A DNA stretch of 64,000 nucleotides, taken from positions 344,970 through 408,969 of the forward strand of contig JAWAHS010000001.1 in the NCBI GenBank assembly GCA_038889075.1. The letters are read 5' to 3'. The notes beneath the pieces are model-generated. The model worked only from the letters and a program-made list of their open reading frames with translations. It did no database searches and was not told the origin of the DNA. Below, in pieces: positions 29,158 through 39,746 of the stretch. The DNA is from Ignisphaera sp. (lineage in GTDB: Archaea; Thermoproteota; Thermoprotei_A; Sulfolobales; Ignisphaeraceae). Each line of letters opens with the position of its first letter. The first letter of the stretch is position 1. The position numbers and the translations under genes are program-made.

Positions 29158-30402
29158 TCATCTTATACCTACTTTGCCATCAAGATGATTCTTATATCTA
29201 TATCCTATCCTGGCAGCAAAGGTGTATAGTAGTGGCGATAGAAGTAGAAGAATCGAGGATATGATCACTCCGTACTTCACTGAGCCTGTAGCTGAAACTA
29301 CGTAGCCATTTACAATCGAGGAGGTTATACCCGCAAGAGGTACCGCGGAAACATATATGCGGCTAATTTTTCCAATATAATTTAGCGGTATAGCATCACT
29401 AATTATAGACCAGAACGATGGTGTCGAAATTCTCCACATAAGTATTGATAGCGATGCTAATGACATAATTATAAGAGAAGATGATGTAGTAAGTACTGTA
29501 GATAGGAGTAGTATGGATGAAGATACAAGCCCTACATACAGGATCATCAATCTTCCCCGTAAACCTCCTATTCTATCTGAATATGTCCCTGCTGAAACCT
29601 CTAAGATGCCTGAAATGGTAGCTATAAGAAACATGTAGATTGCTATATAGTTGTAACTAAACTTTAGTTCATTAATTAAGAATGTTGAGAGCCAATTAAT
29701 TAAAAGACTCCACGTATATACCGCACAGAAGTGTGCTAGAAAAAGCTGTATTGCAATCTTAACGATATCTTTTTGTATTATATTTGGGTAACGAACATCA
29801 ACTTGCTGATCCTGGCGAAATATACTACCTTTAATTTCTATACCACCTCTGATAACGGCGTTCCATATGGCGGTTACGATAGGTATATAGATAAGTACTG
29901 GAAGACCAGCTACAATTACAGCAACCCTCCAGCTACTTCCTCCCACTAGTGCCATAACTATGTAAGATAATGCCATTCCAGCCATAGAACCGAAATTGAA
30001 TACTGCTGTTGAATAACCGTAACTCCTACTACTCGTATATACCGTTACAATCTTTGTACATGTAGGCCAGACAAATGGTAGTGAAAGACTTAGTAGTAAT
30101 CTAGCCGTATTTAATTCAATTAAGTTTCTAGAGAATGCGGTCAATAACGATGAAAATAGTGAAACCAGCATAACAATAACTATAACCATTAAGGGATTTA
30201 GTTTATCCACATACCTCCCAATGGTAAGTGGAGCAATAAACGTTGCAAAAGTCCATAAAGCCATCAGAATCCCAATTAAGCTATAGTCTATATTAAGCTC
30301 TGCCACTATAAGGGGTAGAGCTGTACCGAACATGCTAATCTGTAGGGACGATATCGTTGTAAACCCTAGACAAGTCAGTGGTATTATGTGTTCTATCTTC
30401 AT
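29158..30402 (-). CDS. MFS transporter
   Basis: About 12 TM helices; GRYVDKL and GTYSDRIG motif-A-like loops. Confidence 0.88.
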   Translation of the reverse strand: MKIEHIIPLTCLGFTTISSLQISMFGTALPLIVAELNIDYSLIGILMALWTFATFIAPLTIGRYVDKLNPLMVIVIVMLVSLFSSLLTAFSRNLIELNTARLLLSLSLPFVWPTCTKIVTVYTSSRSYGYSTAVFNFGSMAGMALSYIVMALVGGSSWRVAVIVAGLPVLIYIPIVTAIWNAVIRGGIEIKGSIFRQDQQVDVRYPNIIQKDIVKIAIQLFLAHFCAVYTWSLLINWLSTFLINELKFSYNYIAIYMFLIATISGILEVSAGTYSDRIGGLRGRLMILYVGLVSSSILLLSTVLTTSSSLIIMSLASLSILMWRISTPSFWSIISDAIPLNYIGKISRIYVSAVPLAGITSSIVNGYVVSATGSVKYGVIISSILLLLSPLLYTFAARIGYRYKNHLDGKVGIR

Positions 30403-30499
30403 GGCTAAATACCATGGGCTGTACTGGTTAACTGCTAGTTAAAATATTTTCAGTAAGAAGCCTGTCAATTAATAACTATCATCTTACATCTGACTGAAT

Positions 30500-30940
30500 T
30501 CAGCATATATCTTTTATCATTAGGTAGGCGTCTTCACCATTACTATAGTATCTCGGTATTCTAGCTTGAATTCTATATCCAATTGATTCGTAAAGTAGTA
30601 TAGCTATGGAGTTCGATACTCTGACCTCCAGCCTATATAGACACACATTGAATAGTTTTTTCATTAGCTCTTCAATTCTATTCATTAGCTGTTTTCCGAT
30701 ACCTCTCCTGCGATATTCAGGATCTACACAGAGTGATACTATATGGCCAAATCCATCTCTTCTTACGAGCCCCGAAACGTAGCCTACTATTCTGCTATCG
30801 TATTCAGCAACTAAGAAGAGTTCTGGATATAGCGATTGTAACATTACTAGCAATTCCATTGGATAGGGATCGTTAAAACATTTTTTCTCAAGTTCAAATA
30901 CTGTTGTCAGATCGCTTTGAAGGGCTCTTCTTATATTCAT
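30500..30940 (-). CDS. RimI/Ard1-like N-acetyltransferase
   Basis: VDPEYRRRGIG, LEVRVSN, YYSNGEDA. Confidence 0.92.
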   Translation of the reverse strand: MNIRRALQSDLTTVFELEKKCFNDPYPMELLVMLQSLYPELFLVAEYDSRIVGYVSGLVRRDGFGHIVSLCVDPEYRRRGIGKQLMNRIEELMKKLFNVCLYRLEVRVSNSIAILLYESIGYRIQARIPRYYSNGEDAYLMIKDIC

Positions 30941-32163
30941 TGGGTAAACCTCAGGAATATGTACGAAGATATAACTATGGCTACTACAAGTATAGCTATA
31001 TTGATCAGGTCAAGGAGCTTCCTTGATGATAGTGTCTTTAAGGGTTGGAAAATTGATGAGAGAGCTCCTACGAATATGCTACCATCCGATATTATGAAGG
31101 GTATGGCGTTGAGCACATACAAACTGAAATTAACTATAAAGATAGAATTCAGGTATGTAAATAGGTTCTCTATAGTTGGATAGCGGAGAAATAGACCATT
31201 CTTTTCGAATACCAACGTCTGAGCCATAGATATACCTAGGCAGGGTACCTCCATACCCTTTTCAGCGTACACCCTCAGGTTTCTGGCACTTAGTATCGCT
31301 GTTTTATTTGCACAACCACCGCTACTACATATTGTAATTGATAGTGGACTGCCAATACTCTTACCTCTGAGAATCTTCTCAACATCATTCGTTGAATATA
31401 CTCTACTACCATCTATAGCGACGATAATATCACCAACACTAACATCTATTAACTGAGCTGGACATAGTGAAACATTACAGATACTACAATCTATCCTAGT
31501 GACAGTTACTGCCGTAGATACATTCCCCAGAAATGGTAACATGCTTGACAGTATAAATAGTGCAATAAAGGAGATTAGTGATACAATAGCATTTGAGAAT
31601 ATACCCGCGGTTGCAATATTAATCCTGGCTCTTGGTGGAGCCTTCGTAAATTGTTCCTCATCCAGTTCAACAAAGGCTATTGGAAATAGAAATAGCATAC
31701 CTATACCCCAGCTACGTATCTTTATACCCTCCCTAAGAGCTACCAGGGCGTGAGAAATTTCATGGACTACTACACCAACTACTATTGCAACAATTAGATA
31801 TGCTATTAATTCTCTATACTGGAATAATAAAGGTAGCGGAACTAATGTTGGCTGAGGGGGTGAAGCCGAATAACCGGAGACAAATTCTATAAAGGATTTG
31901 ATCATGTTAATAATTATTGGGAGGAAGAACAGATAGAAAAGAGCAATACCAAGGAGAGCTACAGCAATAAATGCTATGTGCAATTCCCTTCTAAGAGGTT
32001 TTACTCGTTTGGGTACACGCTCTCCTCCTATAAAGAGGAGAACTCCGCCTAATGTAAATTTAATTTTAAACTTAGAAATTCTATACTCTCTATTCATGGA
32101 GAGAAGATAGCCTATAGTAGTAACTACTATAAATATTAGCACAATATAAAGCAGATCTAGCAC
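30937..32163 (-). CDS. Site-2 protease (M50) with PDZ-like domain
   Basis: HEISH, AGIFSN, NAIPFIISDG. Confidence 0.9.
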   Translation of the reverse strand: MLDLLYIVLIFIVVTTIGYLLSMNREYRISKFKIKFTLGGVLLFIGGERVPKRVKPLRRELHIAFIAVALLGIALFYLFFLPIIINMIKSFIEFVSGYSASPPQPTLVPLPLLFQYRELIAYLIVAIVVGVVVHEISHALVALREGIKIRSWGIGMLFLFPIAFVELDEEQFTKAPPRARINIATAGIFSNAIVSLISFIALFILSSMLPFLGNVSTAVTVTRIDCSICNVSLCPAQLIDVSVGDIIVAIDGSRVYSTNDVEKILRGKSIGSPLSITICSSGGCANKTAILSARNLRVYAEKGMEVPCLGISMAQTLVFEKNGLFLRYPTIENLFTYLNSIFIVNFSLYVLNAIPFIISDGSIFVGALSSIFQPLKTLSSRKLLDLINIAILVVAIVISSYIFLRFTQ

Positions 32164-32597
32164 CTATACCACCGTAATTAATATTGCAGCCTAGGTATAA
32201 TAAAGATAGACATAGAATTTTTAAGCTGATAGCGTATGAATACTGCGGCAAGACAGAGTCTAGTACCTTTTCCTATCTTACTATACCAGATGATGACTAC
32301 TATAATAAAGCATAGCTTAGAACAAAGCCTCGGATATAGCATCCCATCCTGCATCTATCTTTCAAAGTACTTTTCAGCAAACCATAGGTAGTAAATAATC
32401 ACTAATTTATGGATAGCTGTAGAATTCAAAGCTGCAGTATTAATTCTGCAGATGTAATGGTATGCAAGCTGTAGAAAATATATCGGATTAGCTTGTGGAT
32501 AAGATTTAATAATGCTGTTAGGAGACACGTCTATAGGCTGAATATGATCAGACTGTAGAGTTTATTGAACTACTATAGAAAATGAGGATGCTGTATA

Positions 32598-33323
32598 ATG
32601 GATGCGCAGATGCCTGCCGGGTTTGTAAGGGAGGTACACTATGATAGAAGGAGATGGAACGTATTTATGGAGAAGAGAAGAAAGGCGTTGAAAATACTTT
32701 TAGATCTAAAGAGCTGTGGTATACTAGAAGCATTTGCCCATGGAAGTATCGCCAGAGGAGATGTTGATGAAGATAGCGATGTGGACATATCACTACTCAA
32801 TTCCTATCCGAGTAGTATTCTCAGATACTGTTTAGAGAGGAATGGATATAACGTATATAGCTTATCTATTCTACAGGCAACACCAAAGCATACTCCAAAG
32901 ATATACATATATCTCAATGCTTTAGAAGAACTGTGCATATCAAATCCGCTAGCAAGGTTAGACCCTATAGAGATGGAGTACTATAGATTCAGTGGAATGG
33001 TAGATCTTAACGATATAATGGCTAATATAAGAGTGGTTGGCGTAAATAAGAGACTTATGTTTATAGAGCCTACAGAGTTTGGACATAGGGAATTCCCAGT
33101 TATTGGAAATGAAGGCTATGTTGCTAAAAGACTCGGTATCTCTTTAGGTACTGTAATAGATAGAGTTGAAGCATTGAGTAAAAGGATTGAAGACGGTCAT
33201 ACAGGTCTCTTTATAAAAATTGAACTACCTGATTTTGAGCACCTAGAGCCTACTATAGAGAAATTATGTATAGAGAATTCATTGTTTAGGAGAAGGGTTA
33301 TAAAACATGGACTGTGCATCTAG
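32598..33323 (+). CDS. Pol-beta-type nucleotidyltransferase domain protein
   Basis: HGSIARGDVDEDSDVD; RVVGVNKRL, GHTG. Confidence 0.85.
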   Translation: MDAQMPAGFVREVHYDRRRWNVFMEKRRKALKILLDLKSCGILEAFAHGSIARGDVDEDSDVDISLLNSYPSSILRYCLERNGYNVYSLSILQATPKHTPKIYIYLNALEELCISNPLARLDPIEMEYYRFSGMVDLNDIMANIRVVGVNKRLMFIEPTEFGHREFPVIGNEGYVAKRLGISLGTVIDRVEALSKRIEDGHTGLFIKIELPDFEHLEPTIEKLCIENSLFRRRVIKHGLCI

Positions 33324-34242
33324 GTTATGTGGTAGCGACATAGTTGGATGGTGGTATGGTTATCTGCCAAGGGGCTGCGAACTGTGTATGAGGGGTTCTA
33401 AGGTAGTTGTATTCATAACTGGAATGTGCGGTTTAGATTGCTTTTACTGCCCTATAAGTATGGAGAGAAGGAAGATGGGAACACTCTATGCCGATGAAGA
33501 GAGAATTCAAAGAATTGAGTATATTTTAGATGAGATTTTTCTCGTACGGGCAGAGGGAATTTCGATAACAGGTGGCGAACCCTTTCAAAGATATGATCTT
33601 GCTACAGAGGTTATCGAATTAGTTAAAAGTATTATGGGAAGTAAATTCCATGTACATCTATATACTGCAGGTTTGGGTGCTACAAGGAGTGCTATAAAGT
33701 ATATGGATAGAATTAATCTTGATGAAATAAGGTTCCACATCGTTAATGATAGCATATGGAAATTGGTTGAGTATACAGTAAAGAATACATCTATGGATGT
33801 AGGTATAGAGGTGCCAGCTCTACCAGGGGAGAAAGAAGCACTTTGGAAAATTATCACTACAGCAAATTCTATGGGAGTAAAGTTTGTCAATATTAATGAA
33901 CTTGAGGTGAGCGAAACCAATGTTAGCAACATACTTCTTAGAGGATTTAGACCCTCCCAAGATGGTAGAGCAGTCCACGGTAGTAGTGAAACCGCTATAG
34001 ATGTATTGAAGAGAGCTCTTAAAGAGAATCTGGCCGTAGCAGTTCATTTTTGTCCAGCTATATACAAGGATGCGGTTCAGCATCGAGAAAGACTGAGGAG
34101 AAAATCCATTACATGTAAAGGATACTACGATAACATTTCCGAAGATGGGTTATTAATTAGGGGTGGTGAAGAGTTTATTCCCACGATAGATCTGTGCTCC
34201 AAGATATACTATCCTAGGAGTTGGTATTACAGCAGTTCATAA
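33307..34242 (+). CDS. Radical SAM protein
   Basis: LPRGCELC, CGLDCFYC, TGGEP, LDEIRFH, NINELE. Confidence 0.9.
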   Translation: MDCASRLCGSDIVGWWYGYLPRGCELCMRGSKVVVFITGMCGLDCFYCPISMERRKMGTLYADEERIQRIEYILDEIFLVRAEGISITGGEPFQRYDLATEVIELVKSIMGSKFHVHLYTAGLGATRSAIKYMDRINLDEIRFHIVNDSIWKLVEYTVKNTSMDVGIEVPALPGEKEALWKIITTANSMGVKFVNINELEVSETNVSNILLRGFRPSQDGRAVHGSSETAIDVLKRALKENLAVAVHFCPAIYKDAVQHRERLRRKSITCKGYYDNISEDGLLIRGGEEFIPTIDLCSKIYYPRSWYYSSS

Positions 34243-34319
34243 TTAGATTCAACGAAATGTATTTATAGTTATGTGTTTGATCGCGTCGTTCAGCTCCATA
34301 TACTTTCTAGGTAGATTTT

Positions 34320-34355
34320 CTAACTTCCCCTGAAGAGGCGAGGTTTCAGCTGTAA
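34320..34355 (-). mobile_element. Minimal IS200/IS605-type end element (PATE-like remnant)
   Basis: Minus strand TTAC-AGCTGAAACCTCGCCTCTTCAGGGGAAG-TTAG: short imperfect hairpin between tetranucleotide-like ends. Confidence 0.5.
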
Positions 34356-34464
34356 AAGTTTATATGCTTACTATCGGTACTGTCTTTTACTGGAAATGCT
34401 GTATAGTCGGTTTAGCAGTTAATAAGAAGTAGAGTGTATCTAATGGATGGAAGGATATGCATAG

Positions 34465-35604
34465 GTGAGTGCTTTGCCTAAAGAGGCATTGCTCTATAGA
34501 ACTATAGATAGTATGAGAAAAATGGTGGAATGCACGGCATGTCCGAGAAGATGTAAACTTCTAGAAGACCAGTATGGTTTTTGTGGCATTAGGTGGAATT
34601 TTGAAGGGAGACTGTATCTGGTTTCGCACGGACTTGCTATAGCCGTTGCGATCGACCCTATAGAGAAAAAGCCGCTATATCATTTTAACCCAGGTTCGCT
34701 AGTCTTCTCAATGTCTACAACGGGGTGTAGCTGGGCTTGCCAGTTCTGCCAGAATTGGGATATTAGTCAAAGAAAGGTTATAGCTGGGTGGAAACTACCA
34801 CCGGAGCTAGCGGTAAAACTTGCTACCGCATATGGAGCACAGGGTATGACATACACCTATAATGAGCCTATAATATTTATAGAGTACGCATATGATGTAG
34901 GTCTGCTGGCTAAAAAATATGGACTGTTTAACACCATGGTTACGAATGGCTATATGACTGAAGAAGCCATAGATATTGTTGGGAAATTCATAGATGCGGC
35001 AACAGTTGATCTAAAGGGTCACGGCGATAGGGAGTTTGCAAGGAAATTTTCAATGGTATACGACACCGAGCCTATATTCAATGCTTTAATCGAGTTAAAG
35101 AAGAAGGGGATATTTGTTGAAATTACCGATCTTGTTGTACCTAAGTACGGTGATGATTTAGAAAAGGCTAGGAAGTTAGCTAGATGGATTGTTGAAAATC
35201 TCGGACCGGAAACGCCAGTACATTTTCTAAGATTTCACCCAGACTACCAGGTAACGTATCTCCCCTCAACACCTGTAAATACTCTTGAAAAACACATAGA
35301 GGTAGCAAAGAGCGAAGGTCTAAAGCATGTCTATATAGGTAACGTTCCAGGACACCATTTTGAGAATACATACTGTGCTAACTGTGGTAGTACCCTTATT
35401 AGGAGAATGGGATTCGATATTCTAGAGGTTAACCTAAGAGATGACTTGAGATGCCCCTACTGTGGATATAGAGCTAATATAGCTGGAAAAATACATCCTA
35501 TGTATAAGCTAGAAAGATTTGTCTATGTACCTCTCGAAGCTTTCACAGAGTTTGTACATATAAAATCGAATTCCATAAGAGAGTTCGTATTACATGGGAA
35601 ATGA
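34465..35604 (+). CDS. AmmeMemoRadiSam-type (PflA-like) radical SAM enzyme
   Basis: CTACPRRC, DPIEKKPLYHF, CSWACQFCQN, YTYNEP, HFLRFHP, YIGNV. Confidence 0.92.
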   Translation: MSALPKEALLYRTIDSMRKMVECTACPRRCKLLEDQYGFCGIRWNFEGRLYLVSHGLAIAVAIDPIEKKPLYHFNPGSLVFSMSTTGCSWACQFCQNWDISQRKVIAGWKLPPELAVKLATAYGAQGMTYTYNEPIIFIEYAYDVGLLAKKYGLFNTMVTNGYMTEEAIDIVGKFIDAATVDLKGHGDREFARKFSMVYDTEPIFNALIELKKKGIFVEITDLVVPKYGDDLEKARKLARWIVENLGPETPVHFLRFHPDYQVTYLPSTPVNTLEKHIEVAKSEGLKHVYIGNVPGHHFENTYCANCGSTLIRRMGFDILEVNLRDDLRCPYCGYRANIAGKIHPMYKLERFVYVPLEAFTEFVHIKSNSIREFVLHGK

Positions 35605-36353
35605 AATTGAATGGTATATTGATGGATGCCCACTGTCATCTCCACGAGTATGGGGAAAATGAAATCGGATTAATTATGGATTTAAATATTTACATCGTTG
35701 CCGTAAGTGATGACTATAGATCATCCATTAGAACAATTGAAATTTCAAAGATGCATAGCTTAGTGGTGCCAGCTGTAGGACTACATCCTTGGAATGTTGG
35801 CCCTGATTATGAGGATGAAATGAGAAACATAGAGAAGCTATTGCTAGAGAATAGACTAATCAAAGTTCTAGGTGAGGTAGGTCTAGATAGAAAGTTTAAG
35901 CCATACACATTACAATATCAAGATGTGGTATTCAGGAGATTTGCTGAAATAGCGAGGGAGAAAAATTTTGCATTAAATATACATGCTGCAGATGCGTGGA
36001 GAGATGTGCTGGATATTCTATATAGAAATGATGTACCTCTAGCTATACTACACTGGTATACAGGACCGCAGGAATTGGTTAGAGAGATTGCAGATAGAGG
36101 CTACTATATTACGGTAAATCCTGCTCTCTCTATACAGCAGAGGCACAGAGATATTGTAAAGATAGCACCGCTGGATATTATTCTTATTGAGAGCGATGCT
36201 CCATACAGATACAGAGGCCTGACATTCCATCCTAGAGAGATCTTCAACGTTCTCAAATATATTGCAGAGTTAAAGGGTTTAGATCTCGATGAGGTTAAGA
36301 AGGATATTAAGAAGAATAGCTATAAATTTCTACAAGCATTAAAAATATTATAA
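35601..36353 (+). CDS. TatD family hydrolase
   Basis: DAHCHL, GLHPW, GEVGLD, LHWY, ESDAP. Confidence 0.93.
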   Translation: MKLNGILMDAHCHLHEYGENEIGLIMDLNIYIVAVSDDYRSSIRTIEISKMHSLVVPAVGLHPWNVGPDYEDEMRNIEKLLLENRLIKVLGEVGLDRKFKPYTLQYQDVVFRRFAEIAREKNFALNIHAADAWRDVLDILYRNDVPLAILHWYTGPQELVREIADRGYYITVNPALSIQQRHRDIVKIAPLDIILIESDAPYRYRGLTFHPREIFNVLKYIAELKGLDLDEVKKDIKKNSYKFLQALKIL

Positions 36354-36385
36354 TAGCATAAAGTAAATATTACCTGGGGTAACTA

Positions 36386-37009
36386 ATGATTCAAAACTAT
36401 ATAGCTAGACTCAAAACACTTTCAATACCGAAGGAGTATCCTGAGATAGATCTAATCAGAATGATTAACTACAGAGCCTTTGAAAACTGCGTTAATAATG
36501 AAATGAGGTGCACTATAATGTCTCTTATGGCAAGAGGTATGGTAATGGCTTCCGATATAGCTAATGCCTTAGGAATTTCACGAACTGCAATATATAGACA
36601 TCTCCACTCCCTGCGAAGAAATGGACTAGCACTATACAGAGATGGTAAGTTCTATGTATCAGCTAGGCTATTTCTAGTATACGATACCATCCTTAGCGAT
36701 GATGGAAGCATTAGATTAACCATACATCCAAATAAGGGTGGTTTTGTTGATGAAAGCCTAGGGTTTGTTTTTGTCAAAGGAGAACTATGCAGATGCGATG
36801 TATGTATAGTAAAAGAAGAATGTTTATCAGCTGTAAAGGGTCTGGCAAAACGGCTGGATGTAAAAATAAGATCAGAAAAGCCGTTAGAAGCATTCAAAGA
36901 AATCGTGATTGAGATTGTAAAGAGAGACGTTGTGCATATAGTTAAAGATGGATACCTCATTGTTAAAACCCCAGAGGAAATCGAAGAACAGGCTACAACA
37001 ACCGAATAA
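36386..37009 (+). CDS. Winged-HTH (ArsR-like) regulator with Cys-rich C-terminal domain
   Basis: ASDIANALGISRTAIYRHL; CRCDVCIVKEEC. Confidence 0.8.
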   Translation: MIQNYIARLKTLSIPKEYPEIDLIRMINYRAFENCVNNEMRCTIMSLMARGMVMASDIANALGISRTAIYRHLHSLRRNGLALYRDGKFYVSARLFLVYDTILSDDGSIRLTIHPNKGGFVDESLGFVFVKGELCRCDVCIVKEECLSAVKGLAKRLDVKIRSEKPLEAFKEIVIEIVKRDVVHIVKDGYLIVKTPEEIEEQATTTE

Positions 37010-37047
37010 TAATGTAGCTACACCTATATTGCAGATGGGTAGATAAG

Positions 37048-37359
37048 ATGAAGAAACTCATATTCAAATTCGACTATGCTGGTAAAATACTTACAGGTGA
37101 AAAGAAATCAACTATAAGACTTTCAACCGATTTAAAAGAAGGAGATACAGTTGAAGTATTTGCAGGATGTATTAGAGTTGGTAGAGCTATTATAAAGAAG
37201 GTATATAGAAAAAGACTAGAAGATTTAAATGAAGAGGAAATAAAAATGGATGGCTTTAAAACAAAAGAGGATTTGTACAAAGCCCTTACAAAAATCTATG
37301 GAAGCAAAAAAATAAATTCAAACCCCTACATCTATATAATAGAATTTCAACTTCAGTAG
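37048..37359 (+). CDS. ASCH domain protein
   Basis: ILTGEKKSTIR, DGF, YIIEF. Confidence 0.9.
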   Translation: MKKLIFKFDYAGKILTGEKKSTIRLSTDLKEGDTVEVFAGCIRVGRAIIKKVYRKRLEDLNEEEIKMDGFKTKEDLYKALTKIYGSKKINSNPYIYIIEFQLQ

Positions 37360-37420
37360 CAAACAGCAATAAAATTATTAAGCCAACTCAAAATACTGAA
37401 AACTGGAATTAGAAACCTGT

Positions 37421-37505
37421 GCGGGGGTGCCCGAGCTAGGTCAAAGGGGTCGGGCTTAGGCCCCGATGGCATAGGCCTGCGTGGGTTCAAATCCCACCCC
37501 CCGCA
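37421..37505 (+). tRNA. tRNA-Leu(TAG)
   Basis: GCGGGGG/CCCCCGC acceptor, TCGGG-CTTAGGC-CCCGA arm, long variable arm, GTTCAAATC. Confidence 0.96.
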
Positions 37506-38009
37506 CTATCTTTCCGGCTCTTCATAGATCTAGATAGAGTTCATAACTATTTCTACAACTCTGTAGAATTACTTTGTCTTCTTTTGGTCTAAGATTATAC
37601 CATTTCCTATTTAGATAATAATTGTTCATCTTTATACCTATGTTTCCATAATTCAATACTATGTCAATACTTTGACGAACTGTGCAATTCTTTGCTGGTA
37701 GAAACTTCTCGGCGTCTGAGGAGCGTTTTTCATTTACAGAAAAAGAAGAAGTAGAGGTTGTTAAAAGGTATGTAGCAGAGGATTATGCGACCGTTTTGGC
37801 TATAAGGTTTATGCTTGGAACGTAATTTTGGAACTATATTGCAAGCCTCATGTAATTGACCTTGAATGGTGCCCACGGCATACGCGTAAGGGTGGCCTAG
37901 GAGCTACAGTAAACCCGTGGTGGAGAGTGTAACCTTTTAACGAGACCTACAATGACTTAGGACGGAAGTGGTTTGTAGTGTAACCGTTGTATACTAAGAA
38001 GCTGGTTAC

Positions 38010-38381
38010 CTAGATGTTGGTTACCTCATATCCAAGACTGTTTAAAATGTTTATTAGATTTTCTTTGGAAATAGATTTATCAAATACTATAACAACATAT
38101 TTTTCACTATCTTTCTTAACGAGTTTTATTCTATCGATCAGTACGTTGCCTTTTATTAGATCACCTACATCTTTTCTGGGGGTTAAGTACTCCTTGAATT
38201 TTCTATGCATAATATTATAGAAGATGTCGAAGTGCTGAATCATTCTGATAGCATCGTTAACATCATCTCCACCCTTATTCAATGCCTTCCTCAAAGCAGT
38301 AAGTATATCTACTGCATGTTCCGCCCTTACTTCTACTGCAACATATTGACCAACTACTGTTCCAATAGATACTTTCACCAT
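38010..38381 (-). CDS. Conserved hypothetical protein
   Basis: 123-aa ORF with GGGGA upstream of ATG, divergent from PCNA. Confidence 0.7.
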   Translation of the reverse strand: MVKVSIGTVVGQYVAVEVRAEHAVDILTALRKALNKGGDDVNDAIRMIQHFDIFYNIMHRKFKEYLTPRKDVGDLIKGNVLIDRIKLVKKDSEKYVVIVFDKSISKENLINILNSLGYEVTNI

Positions 38382-38519
38382 ACAGTCTATCCCCTTAAAT
38401 ATATGTGCTAGTCAGCTGTGTACCATAGATTAGTATCCTAACCTTGTTAATAAATATGTTATGATGCTTCTAATTTAAATTTCTGTTAAAGTAATCTATA
38501 TCTTATTGGGAATTTTAAT

Positions 38520-39281
38520 ATGAGTGTAAAATTGGTCTATCCAGTTGGTGTTGTATTCAAAAAGACTACAATCGCTTTGAAAGGTATTGTAGATCAAATA
38601 CCGTTAGTGATATCCCCGGATAGATTCTCTATTGAGGCTCTAAGTCCAGATAAAGTATCTATGATAGTATTTGAATTGCCTGCCTCTTCCTTTGAAGAGT
38701 TCAATGTTGGTAAAGAGGTTAGGATTATAGCTGATAGAGACGAATTTGTTAAAGCTTTTAGGAGAGCTACAAAAAGAGATAAAGTGGAGATTTCATATAC
38801 GGAAGGAATGAGAGAACTTAATATCAAGATCTTCAACATCAGATCAAATATCGAAAGAGAGTATCTAATACCACTTTCAGAAATAGAGTTTGAAAGTATA
38901 GGCTCTATAGATATTGAGCTTGAAGTCTCTGCCGGCCTTCCATCATCAGAATTGATTAACATCCTAAAGGATTCGTCACTAGTCGGAGACGAGATTGCGC
39001 TAATGTATTCATCAGAAAGCAACTCTATAAAGGCTGTAGCCACTAGTGAGCTAGCCACATATGAAACAACATTAAAGCAATTCCAGCCACTTACATATCT
39101 CGAAGCAAACATTGGAAATGCTATAGCAAGATATAGTGTTGATCATCTCAAGGCTCTATTAAAGATCTTGGACCTTGCTGATGAATGCAGCATTGCCTTC
39201 GGTCCTGAAAAACCTCTTAGAATAAGCTTAGATGTTGCTGGAGGAGGTAAAGTAACGGTATGGGTAGCACCGAGGGGATAA
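38520..39281 (+). CDS. pcn: DNA polymerase sliding clamp PCNA paralogue
   Basis: ALSPDKVSMI..LP..SFEEF, RYSVDHL, PLRI, WVAPR. Confidence 0.92.
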   Translation: MSVKLVYPVGVVFKKTTIALKGIVDQIPLVISPDRFSIEALSPDKVSMIVFELPASSFEEFNVGKEVRIIADRDEFVKAFRRATKRDKVEISYTEGMRELNIKIFNIRSNIEREYLIPLSEIEFESIGSIDIELEVSAGLPSSELINILKDSSLVGDEIALMYSSESNSIKAVATSELATYETTLKQFQPLTYLEANIGNAIARYSVDHLKALLKILDLADECSIAFGPEKPLRISLDVAGGGKVTVWVAPRG

Positions 39282-39304
39282 GTTTATCAGATGGTGTAGG
39301 TTAG

Positions 39305-39652
39305 ATGTTTAGCGAGGTTGTAAAGGTTGATAGCAAAGGTCGGATAACAATACCTGCTACTCTAAGGCTTTTACTAAATATTAGCGATGGTGAGAAGCTT
39401 ATCCTGGTTTTTGATGAGGATAACAATAAGATTGAACTACATCTATCTAAGCCAAATAGAACGCTATTCTGCAGTGGTGTAATAAGTAGAGATACATTGT
39501 TGAGGCTTCTTAAGGAATACAATATAGATAATATTTCATGTAGATGTAAAGATAATCACTGCGATTTTTACCATTGTAAGATTTTTGTAGAACTTAGCAA
39601 AGATAAAGACGAATTTATGAAGAATTCCCCAAATATTAGATGTATAGAATAG
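39305..39652 (+). CDS. AbrB/MazE-like DNA-binding protein with Cys-rich C-terminal domain
   Basis: VKVDSKGRITIPATLRLLLNISDGE. Confidence 0.85.
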   Translation: MFSEVVKVDSKGRITIPATLRLLLNISDGEKLILVFDEDNNKIELHLSKPNRTLFCSGVISRDTLLRLLKEYNIDNISCRCKDNHCDFYHCKIFVELSKDKDEFMKNSPNIRCIE

Positions 39653-39746
39653 ATGGTATTTAAGGAGACGTTGCACCACTACTATGAATTTTATGATTTA
39701 AATTTTTAGACATTTTAAGATAGTGTATAGAGATGGTGGAGAATCA

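Noticed and set aside
32285-32345. C/D box sRNA starting GATGATGA
   Set aside because: No CTGA D box at a suitable distance
39305-39652. AbrB antitoxin of a VapBC toxin-antitoxin pair
   Set aside because: No adjacent PIN-domain toxin, and the protein has an additional C-terminal domain
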